Positions 1-11,472 of a stretch of DNA of 43,494 bases are shown in pieces (positions within the stretch are counted from its first letter, which is position 1; every line of letters begins with the position of its first letter). The DNA comes from Nemertoderma westbladi. Lineage: Eukaryota > Animalia > Xenacoelomorpha. The stretch is from positions 1 to 43,494 of the forward strand of contig JAUCBJ010005573.1 in NCBI GenBank assembly GCA_032718475.1, in the 5' to 3' direction. The translations under genes and the position numbers were made by a program. Below the pieces are notes generated by a model. It had not been told where the DNA came from. It was given only the letters and a program-made list of their open reading frames with translations, and did not search any database.

Positions 1-2760
1 ACTACTCTCGGCTGCAGGGGCATATGAACTGACCAGGCAGATGGTGATCTAACAATGGCTGGTCAGGAGTAGAGTGTTCTGATGTACAGGTACAGGACAT
101 GGCCCAGCAGATGAGCTGCACAGCCAATGGTGGGTCATGTGCTTCAGAGTAGGTATGGGTGATGGGCCTCCTATCTGACTCTACTGCGACACCAACCCTG
201 TGGAATGGCCAACCAGGGTATGGTGTTTGCCCCAAGAGTAGACTCGGCAAAAAAGCACCCGACAACCTCCATTATGGATTACATTAGAAATGCGGAGGTC
301 CAGCCACTATGGGCCATTGGAATTACCGGACACAATTGGCCTCACAGGCGTCAGTTATCTCCTCACCGGCTGCCTGTCTCACCCCCTACTGGAGAGAAAG
401 CGGCCAAAAATTCGCTGAGTCAACAGTGAGTCCAGTCTGTGAGTCTTCTGATGACATTTCTGGCCCAAACCCTGGGAGGCCAAATTGTGATAGGGAGAGG
501 GATTCTGCAGTTGGAAGCTGCTCTCATGTTCCACCCCGACCAACCAAGCCATTGTTGAACCTGAGGCAAGTTACTAGAATAGCCTCAGTTAACACCCTAA
601 CACTCGGGTCCCCAATGCGACAAGGCGAGCTGACTGCCTTGGTAGATAAGCTCTATCTTAGCGCAATGGGTATTCATGAGCACCTGACATCACAGACTGA
701 TGAGGTTCTTATTAAGGGAATGGGGGACGGTTTGCAACTTGCCCTCACATCAGCAGATGATAGTGGTAATGGTGGAATTGGTCTATTGATGAATCCAACT
801 GCACATGCAGTATTTGACAAAATAGACAAAATCTCTAACCGCATCATCCATTGTTCATGTTCTGGAAGACTGGCTAAGAAATTTCCTAAGATGGTTCTGA
901 TTGTGTGCTATTCACCAACTAGTGTAGCCCCAGTACAAGAGGTGGAAAATATCTACCACAATCTACAAGCAGCTACTGATGGAGTGGATCAGCATGCATT
1001 CTTAACATTCCTGGGAGACTTTAATGTATGTCTGAATCAATCACCTACATCACCCGGAGTCTATAGCGATAGTGTTAACCGAAATTCCGTCCCCATATTC
1101 TGTTTCGTAGGAAATACAGGAGCTCTATACAAAACTGTAATGCATTTACACTTCGACCCTTCTCCAGTGATCACCGCCTTAATGATGCCAAGGTAAGACT
1201 TAGTCTGCGTGCTAGCAGAACAACGAAATCTGCCTTGCCGTGGCATGACTAGTTCTCTCTGTTGCAACAGCCAAGTGTGAGATCCAGCTTCACACTATAG
1301 CTGAGCAACAGGTATGAGGTTCTTGCCTCTGAGGCGGCAGATCACTGTGAGGGCTATACTGCCTTCACAGAAGCAGTTAAGTTAGCAGCTGTAAAAACAG
1401 TTCCTGTATACCCACGAAACACGAGGCGGCAGATCACTGCGAGGGCTATACTGCCTTGACAGAAGCAGTTAAGTTAGCAGCTGTAGAAACAGTTCCTGTA
1501 TACCCACGAAACACGGAAAAGGCCCCCTGGACAGACATCAAAAAAAAATAACAAGGCTCAGAAAGATTCCCGACTCAAACAGACTACAGCGGTCAAGAAT
1601 GTAGTTAACTTGCGGTCAAGAATGCGGTCAAGAGTGCATAAAGCAGTTCCGTAATGGTCATTGGACCATGGAGCCCCTTTTGCCCTAAGAAAGATAATTG
1701 AAGAGATATGAAAAAAGGAAGACAGACATCTGGCTGTTATCTTTGTTGACTTCTTTAAGGCCTTTGATTCAGTCTCTCGATCACGTATGTTCAGCATACT
1801 TTCAATATACGGGATTCCTGATGAAATTATTGTAGCGATCAGATCAGTATACGAGGGTTCGACGATATTTGTTTCTACTGTTGATGGTGACACAGTACCA
1901 TTTGAAGTGTTATGAGGGGACGGAGACATCCAGGGAGAGACACTTGCGCAATTCTTATTCATAAATGGGGTTGACTATGTTCTACGCATGTCCTTAGATA
2001 ATCATATTATGATGGGGTGATGGTAACTCCACCTACTGTCTTCAGAAGTCGTGGAAATCCTGCCAAGTACCTAACTGATTTAGACAATTCTGATGACTTA
2101 GGAGTACTCTCAGAATCACTAGAGGGAGCCCAACGGCTCCTCTGATCATTAGAACAGGCTGCTTCTAGTGTTGGTCTTTTTGTTAACTCAAAAAATACAA
2201 AAAATTTTGACCGTTAACTTTAAAAGCCCTTAGCAAATCTCTGATCGGATGAGCATAGGCTCAAATGATGGTAGGCCTATGTTTGAGCATGTGGACGACT
2301 TCTGTTGCCTGGGATCATGGATACGAAGTCAGATGAGGACCTTCGAATGTAAGGGAAAGGCATGGGCAGCATTGAAAGGTCTTTCCGGGATTTGGAAGTA
2401 ACACAGAATTCATCGGAAACTTACGGCCCGATTACTTAGAGCAGCAGTAGTTCCAGTACTTATCTATGGGAGTCAATGCTGGGCTCTAACTGATGAGGTA
2501 CCAAATATCTGGATGGCACATTCACACACAACAATGCTACGCCGGGTTCATTGTGTCAAGTACAATGCACACATCTCCAACCAGACCCTATATAAATTTT
2601 GAGGTGCCTCATTGGTTCCCAAGTGAACATGGTGGACAGCCTGTGAGTTTCGTGCGACGCCTTCTAAAGGACACTGACCTTGAAGATGCGGATAATCTTG
2701 CGAAAGTCATGGGGGTTAGGGAGTTGTGGCGGTGCAACTTTGTTGATAAGCCGGCATAGC
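1..2760 (+). mobile_element. Decayed non-LTR retrotransposon (RTE-like clade) with APE endonuclease and reverse transcriptase remnants
   Basis: ORF 309-1196 carries APE motifs (IASVNTLTL, GIHEH, GGIGLL, VCYSPT, LGDFN). Downstream frames give RT motifs with stops and frameshifts: FVDFFKAFDSV (~1741), QGETLAQFLF (~1930), DLDNSDDL (decayed YADD, ~2077), LGSWI, LIYGSQCW, and the C-terminal RELWR. The APE-RT linker is shortened. The 5' end may lie outside the window. Confidence 0.88.
1331..1514 (+). repeat. 92 bp tandem duplication inside the LINE
   Basis: gaggcggcagatcactg...tacccacgaaacac occurs at 1331 and 1423 with about 3 differences. Confidence 0.9.
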
Positions 2761-3680
2761 ATTCTTAATGCACGCTACATTGGGTTTGCCAGTTGTGAAT
2801 TGCATGGTGTTGTCAAAATGTTTTTGTTAAGCCGGCATAGCATCTCACAGTTTCAATGTGGGGGGGACACCCCCCCCCCCCCCCCCCCCATCCCACCCCT
2901 GTATATCCACCTCTAAAGAACTTACTTCAAACATTCTGTAGTTGATAAACTTTCTGGTATCACTTGGACTGCCCAGTGCCCAGGACTACCCGAAAACTAC
3001 GATTTGCACATCAAAATTTTGCTTGATTTTTTTAATAATTAATATTGAACATTATGAGTGACTAACTTTCGTTTAGGTTAGCTAGTAGTTTTTATGTTAG
3101 CTAGTGTATTTTTAAAGGGTAGATAGAGTTTTTAAATTAATATTTATATTTCATAATTATTTGTTATGTGTAATAAATTGTTTAATTATCTCTATAAATT
3201 ATAATAATTATATGATTATATATATTATTATATATATTATTTATATTATACATATTATATAAGTACCGGTATAATAATAATTATTATAATAATTTCTAAA
3301 ATTTTTTTTTAATAATAGCACTCTAGCTAGCCTGAAAATAGCCTATTAATGTTTATAGATAATTAAACAATTTATTACACATAACAAATAGTTTCTGAAT
3401 TTTTTTTTTTAATTGATAGCTAAACTTGGAAAATCACTAGCTAGCCTGATAATTTGAATTTTTTAATGTTTATAGATAAATAAACTATTTATTAGGCCTA
3501 CACATAAAATTTTTTTTTTTAATTTTAAATATTTTTTTTTAATGTTCTAGAACAAAAAATATTTGTTCAAGAACATAATTTTTTTTTTCCTGACAATAGC
3601 TAACATGAAATAGAATACGGTAGTTCTAAAAAAAAGTAGCAAAAACTAGCTATAGTAAAATATAGTCATGGGTACACATA

Positions 3681-5705
3681 CAGTCGGGGTCTCAAAGTGC
3701 ATCTGTTCTTTGAGATTTTCTCAAAGTTTTTCTAAAAGTGTCTAAAAGTCATTAAATTACTCCCAACGGCCGCTTTGAATTCTTGTAGACACTTTTAGTT
3801 GGGAATCTCAAAGTGATTTCCTGCTTTTAGGCACTTTGCATTCTTTGAGAAATGTCACTTTGAGGTAGTTTGCGGCACTTTTAATTCTTTGAGAAAATAA
3901 ACTCCGAGGTATTCCTGATTGACAGCTCGTACGGTAAGTTAACTGAGAGGCAGAGGCATTCTCGGGGAACAATATTATGCGGGCAACAAAGTGATACTTG
4001 TGTGCTGGCCAGTTGTTGCATAGAAGCTATATTCCCATTAATTTATCAAATTGAGGTTCCTGAGGTCATTACGGGATGGGTTTTCGGTCGCAAGTACAAA
4101 TTGAATTTACGGCACCCTAAAGTCTTTCTAAAAAACATTCATTCAAATAATACATGAAACATAATTAGTGAAACAAGATTAATGCTTGACAAGATTGATT
4201 ATTTTAATAACATAATACAATATCAGATTAACAATTAATATAAGAGAAACTGCACTGTGTATACGCAGTTTCATTATAATGACCTAAAGAAGCTTGTAAT
4301 GAGCTGGAGAAAGCTTGTAATAACATTTGTTATTCATTTCATTAGTCACCTGAGGTCAAACCGTACTACAGTACCTTAACTGTTTAATTAATATGATAAC
4401 TATGTTGACGAGAGCGCGAGAATTCCTTCTTAAAAACTAAGAAAGGCTTTCGACTTTCAAGTACGATAGAACGGCTACAATCTTGTGTTGTTTTAGCTTA
4501 ATAGAGATATTAAAATATCCCCTGCCGCTGGCGTTTATATTTGAGCATATTTTAAATGTTTCAATTGATGTGTACCGCCTTCTGGCAAATCGGCACCCAG
4601 TTTAAACTATCAATCAAAGCTAGTGAGTAGCGACCCACGGACGGCGACCTTCAAACAAACAGGTGCAGAGTCGGAAAGAACTGTCACATGCTTTGCTTGG
4701 CTTGTGGTACCATTTGATTACATAATAGATTGGCAGACTGGGTGGTCGCTCTGACCATTGCATGACTCTGCATTGCGCACCAACAATGCCTAAAACATCT
4801 ATGGGAACAGCCAATTAGTGCGCTTGAATCATTTATCTTTAATCCTGCCTCTATCGTTATTCTTTACTTTATATAACACAATTTACAGTGCAGCAAAGAA
4901 GGGCTCGTTGATCATTGAAATACATTGGTAAAGGTATTCGGCGTTCACGTGGGCTAAACAAATTTAAACAGTACAGTTTTAGCACTATACATTAATATAG
5001 ATAGGGCAACAGACAAACTGTCTATGACACAAATACCAACATATTCCGATAGCCCGCAATTATGGCGTCTCTAAAGAGTCCAAATATAAATTAATAAAAT
5101 CCTCTATGAAACAATAAAAATACCTACAAAAAATACTGCTGTATTAAATATTAGTTACTGCAGTAACATATAACAATTAAAGCAGTAACAAATATTTATT
5201 ACTGCAGTAATAAATATTTATTACTGCGGTAATAAATATTTATTACTGCAGTAACAAATATTTATTACTGCAATAATCAATATTAATAAATTAATAAATA
5301 ATTGAATAAAAAGTTATACTGCAGTAATCAATATAATAAATAATTGAAGAAAAATTTCTACTGCAGTAACAAATTATTTGTTACTGCAGAAAAAGACAAT
5401 TTTTTATTACTGCAGTAAGTTTAATTCTTACTTTCAGTAATAAATATTTATTACTGCAGTATTTTTTGGAGGCATCTTTATTGTTTCATAGAGGTTTTTA
5501 TTACTTATATTTTGCCCTATAGTCAAAGTCAATATACCCCATACCATAGCCAGCTTCAGGCAGGACTGTATGAAATGACTGACAGTACTACTTTGAAATC
5601 TTTGAGGACACTTTGTCATTTTCTTGGACCACTTTTAGAAATTTGCGACACTTTTAGTTCTTTGAGAAAATCTCAAAGAACAGATGCACTTTGAGACCCC
5701 GACTG
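3681..5705 (+). mobile_element. Internally decayed Tc1/mariner-superfamily (pogo-like) DNA transposon
   Basis: 46 bp perfect TIR cagtcggggtctcaaagtgcatctgttctttgagattttctcaaag at both ends, with TA on each side. Internal remnants: FGRKYKLNLRHP (~4083, CENPB-HTH-like), NYVDESA (~4398, first catalytic D region) and a frameshifted DWV..DHC...HC PHD-like motif (~4736-4776). Confidence 0.85.
5092..5503. mobile_element. Palindromic MITE nested in the pogo-like element
   Basis: About 60 bp imperfect terminal inverted repeats (cctctatgaaacaataaa... / ...tttattgtttcatagagg). The interior is built of palindromic ttactgcagtaataaatattta subrepeats. Confidence 0.8.
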
Positions 5706-6854
5706 TAGGTACTGTAGTAGTGCCAAAAAATACTAGCTATAGGTATGAATTACTAGCTATATAATTATAAATTATTACTTGAGTACATAAAATTACTAGA
5801 TATATTATATGATAATTATACAAAAAAGTGTTAAAAAATATATAATTTTTAAATAATGTTCTAGAACAAAAAATAATGTGTTCTAGAACTGTATTTAACA
5901 TAAAAAATAATTATAAATATCCTAGAATACTTCACACTAACATTAAAAAGTAGTAGCTAGTAAACTATACACATTTTAGTGCAAAATGAAAATGTTGGCA
6001 CGGGCGGAACTCTAGCCCATATATATACCGTGAAAATGAATGTTAATATAAAAATAGGCCACATAAAACTATAACCAACTACACGGCGACCCTAATCTGA
6101 CACCACGTGTACAACTACAGTACACCGTTATTACTAAACAACATGCCGAAAAACACGCCGACACTGTGCCGACATCACGCCGATATGACACGGATTCAAC
6201 GGTGACATCACGCCGACATTGAGCCGACACAACGTCCACTCTACGTTGACACCATTACAGACACTTAACGAGTAAATTGTTGTAAATGCTCCAAAAAACC
6301 TATTCGTATATACATTTTTTTCAGAAAGGCAATCAAAGATGGCAATTATATAAACAATAATTGTACAACTGTTCTCTTTTCCAGCAACCTCCTGTGTAGC
6401 TACCATTGTTTAAATAAATTATCTTTTGTATTACAAGTGTGTGATTATATAACAATTATAATAATTATTATTAAAGACAGGCTGGTGCCACCAGTCTATA
6501 TCTCCCCTGTTCGTACAGTATATCTCAGTAGGTTTCTTTGAATGGCGAGTATGATTAATAACAGGGGACGACTACATACCTATAGAGCAATATTAGTACA
6601 GTAGTAGCTACTGCATAAATACAGTAGTAGTACTGTAGTTGTGTCTGTAGGCCCATTTTCTGTTTCGAACGGTAGTTCCCGTTTACAGCTCAATGAGAGC
6701 GCCAACTTAGATCGGTGTTATTATAAATTAAAGATGAGAGAAGGTGGTGATTTTGGACCATACAAAATATGCCTAAAAAATAGCTGTGGTCAAATTAAGA
6801 ATATTTATTTAAAAAATCGTATTGTTTATATTTTTTTAACATCCATAGATTGTA

Positions 6855-7150
6855 TAAATTATTAAGTAATTTAAACCGGGCTTAGGATGATCCAACTCTA
6901 TAGCAAATGGAGAGGAATAAATGAATTCGCCACCGGCGGGGATCGAACCCGTGTCTCCCGATAAACGTTGAGGTATGCTAACCACTACACCACGGAGGCT
7001 CCTGCATCTTTCCGATTGAATTCTCAGCATACCTGAACGTTTATCGGGAGACGCGGGTTCGATCCCCCCTGGTGGCGAATTCATTTTTTCCGCTCCATTT
7101 GCTATAGAGTTGGATCATCCTAAGTTCTGTTTAAATTACTTAATAATTTA
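6855..7150. mobile_element. Inverted pair of tRNA-derived SINE-like units forming a ~300 bp palindrome
   Basis: Arms ~6855-6979 and ~7026-7150 are reverse complements with scattered mismatches. Each arm has a B box (GGTTCGATCCC) and the same ~75 bp tail. Confidence 0.8.
6928..6999 (-). pseudogene. tRNA-like head (72 nt cloverleaf) of the palindromic element
   Basis: gcctccg tggtgtagtggttagcata cctca acgttta tcggg agac acggg ttcgatc cccgc cggtggc g. A box and B box are present. There are mismatches in the acceptor, anticodon and T stems, and no U33. Confidence 0.7.
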
Positions 7151-8262
7151 TTTAAAAAGTAAAGCATTTTTTTTAAAGTTAGGAATACTAGAAAAAGGAA
7201 TACTATAAAAAGGTAATAAATCAGCAGTTAGAGTTTCGTGAGTCGTGACTTTGATGTTATAAAGGTGGTCAGTCTGAGTTTAGGAAAAATATTTGTTGGA
7301 GACAAAGCAGGACGAGCGCAACTAGGCTAAAGGACACGAGTTCGAGTATAGTAAAAAAAAAAGTTATACTGAACTGAGATGCCCTAGTTAGTAGCGATCA
7401 ATCATAGATGACATTAAACCAAACTTGGTACGAATGCAGTCTCCTGCTGCACGCGTGTATTACTATTCAAGAGAGGAAGTAATTGCTATTACCATTTATT
7501 AAACTGTAATACGTACTTATAATGCTCTTGGGCCCAACTACTGTAGGTACCTAAGATGCTATTCTGCGTATGAGAAATGAGAAAAATTATATTCTTCGCT
7601 ATTTAATATTACTAAATACTGTACTAATTAACAATGAAAAAAACATGGTTGCGCTTGTAAGCCCCCGATTGCCATACCCGCCGCTATCAAGAAGTATTCC
7701 TTTTCTTAATAATCAATGTGAGAATGTAATCGAATAATATATCAATCTAAAATATATAAACCTGCACTTGAACATAACACGCTGTCTGTAATATACCGCA
7801 ATACACAACTGCACAATCCTATCCCCCAATACCTAATACCTACCGTTGATGCTCTAGTCAATAATCCCGTCCCAACCCGTCTTCCATGGCCTACTCTCTA
7901 TCCTATCCTCACACGATTAAAACCACTTTTGCATCTAATCACATGAAAGTTTTTTATATGATAGAACAAGGATGGGGCAACAAATCTATCTATATTTTGT
8001 GAAAATCATTCTGGGCCGCTAGGTAGCGCTGCAAATTTATGCTAATTTTTAGGTTTGTTATAAATAAAATAGTATTCAATTTTAATTACTAAAAATTTCT
8101 AAACGTTATCTGATAGTTTTATGCAGGGTTGCTATATAGACCCCACAGAGAGTTTCAGACTAATTGCTCAAATATTGTAGAAGTAGTAGGGTTTTGAAGT
8201 TGACAATTTCGTGATGCTCAGTCTTCCTACTGTTAGTATGAAGTGTTCGAATCTGAAGAATA

Positions 8263-8445
8263 ACAGGGCCCCTAGGCACGTGCCTAGGGGCCTTGCTTGG
8301 AGCAACCCACCGAGATGAGGACGACTTTATAAAGAACAATTCAAGTGCAAATATCGCTCTGTCCCCACTCACCTAAAAAACTTTTGGGGTGTGGCCTCAA
8401 TTTTGTCTATGCCTAGGGGCCACACATATGCTTAATCCGGCTCTG
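8263..8445. mobile_element. Small hAT-type MITE remnant
   Basis: Begins cagggcc and ends aatccggctctg (reverse complement cagagccggatt). Internal inverted gcccctaggca/tgcctaggggc motifs. No convincing TSD. Confidence 0.45.
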
Positions 8446-8497
8446 AATAACAATTTAATAAAATAAACAATTTATAGTCATTAGATATATTATGACC

Positions 8498-9643
8498 TCA
8501 TCCTTGTTCAATAAGACCTTCCCTATTCCACTCCAACAAAAAAGCTCGATATTTCGGCATACGTTTTTCCATTTCTCTATCAGAGCAAGGTTTTGATGGA
8601 TTTCCATTGAAGTAAATGGATTGTATAATTTCTCCAAAATAAGATTTAATGCAGTGAATATTATCTTTAGTTATTTTCTCATGCCTTTCATTCCAAGCGT
8701 TCAGCCATATATGGGTTGTGTACTTTCCAGTAGACCATGTGTAATTGGCATATCGCTGAATATCACCCAACTTCCACATTGGGTAAACCAAATCCTCTCG
8801 GATGTTTATTAAATGTGCGTTTAATGATCCAATTTTAAGCATATTTTCGCAACAAGCGCAAGTAAAACAGTTGGGGTTGTAGAATTTGAAAGTCTCATAG
8901 AAGCATTTGAGAAACGTCGAATCTTTCCGAGATAAAATGACACCGGACATGAGGGAGACCTCATCATGACGATTAACAGTGAAGTCGTAATGAAGAAGTT
9001 CTCCGAAAGGATGAAATCCAATAACATCACTGTCGAGGTAAATACCCCCATATTCCTGTAGTAATTGTAATCTAAGAACGTCTGTTTGATGTGAAACTCG
9101 AAAGACCTCCGTGGTCATTTTTATACCAAAAACAGATTCTGGGGCTACGATTTCCTTGACAACAATATTAGGAATGAGTTGCTTCGCTTTGCTAAACCAA
9201 GGTTCAGAACCATTAAGACTTCCAGTAAATTCCAGTCCCATGTTCGTATGAAAGTAAATGACATCGGGTTTGATATTTCTATAAACCGATAGCAGACATA
9301 TGTAATGTATGAATTCGAACTCTAATCTGTCCAGCCATATTTGGTGGACGATGTTTGGAACAACGGCCGTTGAGCGACGTACCGACGTTTGACTAAAATC
9401 TAATGAGCGGTTAATGTTGTCTCGTGGTGACTTTTGGGTTCCATTATCATGTATAAGTTTCTGACAATCTTTTGGTTGTTGTTGTATTGTAGTTGGGATG
9501 TAATTGAATGTTGATTTTAATAAATCAATTCCAAGTCCAACATAGGTTGTATTACTATTATCCATGAAAATTAATAAAACTGTACAAAGAGCACATAATA
9601 CAATAGCACATATGAGAACTCTCATTTTAACTGATAATTTCAT
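8498..9643 (-). CDS. GT32 DXD glycosyltransferase (Gly_transf_sug; alpha-1,4-GlcNAc/Gal transferase-like), paralogue 1, 381 aa, single coding exon
   Basis: Uninterrupted ORF. N-terminal signal-anchor (VLICAIVLCALCTVLLIF), then a stem, VPNIVHQIW, and HQTDVLRLQLLQEYGGIYLDSD, the family signature. Confidence 0.93.
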   Translation of the reverse strand: MKLSVKMRVLICAIVLCALCTVLLIFMDNSNTTYVGLGIDLLKSTFNYIPTTIQQQPKDCQKLIHDNGTQKSPRDNINRSLDFSQTSVRRSTAVVPNIVHQIWLDRLEFEFIHYICLLSVYRNIKPDVIYFHTNMGLEFTGSLNGSEPWFSKAKQLIPNIVVKEIVAPESVFGIKMTTEVFRVSHQTDVLRLQLLQEYGGIYLDSDVIGFHPFGELLHYDFTVNRHDEVSLMSGVILSRKDSTFLKCFYETFKFYNPNCFTCACCENMLKIGSLNAHLINIREDLVYPMWKLGDIQRYANYTWSTGKYTTHIWLNAWNERHEKITKDNIHCIKSYFGEIIQSIYFNGNPSKPCSDREMEKRMPKYRAFLLEWNREGLIEQG

Positions 9644-9704
9644 GTCAAATTATTGTCGTAGTCTTTGTAAATATCAATGTTCATTAATAATTAAAATATA
9701 TTAT

Positions 9705-9787
9705 CTGTGTGAGCAACTTGTTTCTGTGTGTGAGGGTGTCCAGCAACAAGTTGCAAAAACAAGTTGCTCCGTGTGAGGGGGGCATAA
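9705..9787. mobile_element. MITE end fragment (PIF/Harbinger-like) just upstream of GT32 paralogue 1
   Basis: Inverted gagcaacttgttt/aaacaagttgctc and repeated gtgtgaggg motifs, ending ...gggggcataa. Superfamily call is inference. Confidence 0.35.
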
Positions 9788-10864
9788 ATATACGTATCAC
9801 GCTATTACCTAATACATCAATCTAGGCAAAAACGAGGATCAACCCAAATTTAATTCGCTATCAATCAAAACCAAAGTTTTGGTGTTCTATCTTGTTGCCC
9901 AAAAAAATGATGGGGAGCATATTAAATTTCATGCAAACATGTGACCTATTTTTGAAATTCCAAACAATGAATATGATTACGGAGCTATTTTATTGCTTTA
10001 CTTATAACAAGGTAACAAATTGCTTGGAAAACTACTTAAATAATTGAACAATTTTGTGTTTTCAGTGATGGGTACTAGTAGCAAGGCCATACCAACGTAA
10101 TACAAGGCTTCCTCAGCTCTCCCCCCTCGATCAGCTGATCAAAGAAGTCAAAGTTATATTTGAATAAAATCATAATATTACATAAAATTGCTAGGTACCC
10201 ATGTAGGAAACAAAGATAGTTTCGCCTCCCGATTCTGACCACTTACTGGGTGAGCCAGAAGTTCTATGTTTTGCTTTCAGTCTTTAGCTACAAGTGCTTA
10301 AAAAAGTGTCTCCGTCGATATTGTACCAGTCGTACTGCAGTTATTCTTCAATTCAAAATTCTTATTTATGTAAACATTACTCGCTGCGCTCGATTAGTAC
10401 ACAAACAAACGCAAAGTTCGGCTCATTATACTGAGAAGTGCTACTTTTCTCGCAGTTTTATAAAAAGTTAATAAAAATTGGTTGTTTTTTTCTAAATAAT
10501 GCGTATTTTTACCTCGTCATTAACTCTTTCACATTTCCTAAACTATTTAATAATTAATTTCATTTAATCATAATAAATAAATTATAACTTGCTAATTAAA
10601 TTGAAGTCAATTTACTCAAAGTTTATATAAACCGTATGGATTGAGGAACGCCCAGTTAATAAAACATGAACTTTGCACTTTGCACTTTGCCGCATATAAA
10701 ATAGTTAATATAAATAATATTTCATCATATATCAATAAAAAGCGATCTCTCCTATATATTTCTATGATGATTCTTTGTACATAAGGTAGGCGTCTATAAT
10801 GGTCTCACGCGTATTATCCATATTACAGGATTATTTCAGAGTCGTCCCATTTTGGCGTGGTGAT

Positions 10865-11310
10865 TTAATCCGTTGCCTTGAATTCACATATTTGGCTCCA
10901 GAGGTCGTGAGTTTGAAACCCTCGAGAGGGACTTTCGGTCAGGTACTGTATCTCGGCCATAACGCCAAAGGGATGAAACACTGTCCTCTTTCCAGCATAA
11001 AGGCCACCATCCAAACAGCAGCCTATATAACAGCATTGCATGGAAACAATATCGCAGCAGGGTAGCATTATGAACCTATATATGAAGGCTCTAGTAGTAT
11101 GTAGTTGCCTTGACATAATCAATCAGTCAGTTCGCTCAGTGAGATTAGATCTCTCCATTCATTCATCAAGGTCTGGTAGATCCTCTCAAATGACCCAATT
11201 AAGCCGTTTAATTACAGCTGAACCCACTAACTGATCCAGGTGGAGAGCGCAAATGGAGCATTTGCGCCGTGCGAGCGCATGGCCGACGGCGTTGGCCATG
11301 TGGTATTGTT
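10865..11310 (-). mobile_element. Possible degenerate THAP-domain transposon fragment
   Basis: Minus-strand MQCCYIGC...RTVFHPF, then via frameshifts KVPLEGFKLTTSGAK and ICE, resembling THAP C2CH spacing. The final His is not seen. Confidence 0.3.
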
Positions 11311-11472
11311 CTAGAATATTACAGTATTATTAATCCCATGTAAAGTTAAAAGTTAAATCCCATATTGCTGATGGAAAATAACAAATGCCTACCTTGATTT
11401 TGTTAAGGTCAGTTTTGTTTATACTTGAAGGCTTACATATATAAATATACATGGGCATAATATTCCAAATAC

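Noticed and set aside
6928-6999. Functional tRNA gene (GTT at the anticodon position)
   Set aside because: Stem mismatches, no U33, and a shared tail with an inverted truncated copy indicate a repeat.
8621-9051. ORFs overlapping the GT32 genes (also 23763-23954)
   Set aside because: Antisense or alternate-frame shadows. Their similarity just reflects paralogy.
8498-9643. Bacterial horizontal transfer of the intronless GT32s
   Set aside because: Type II Golgi topology and single coding exons are normal for animal GT32 genes. No positive evidence without a phylogeny.
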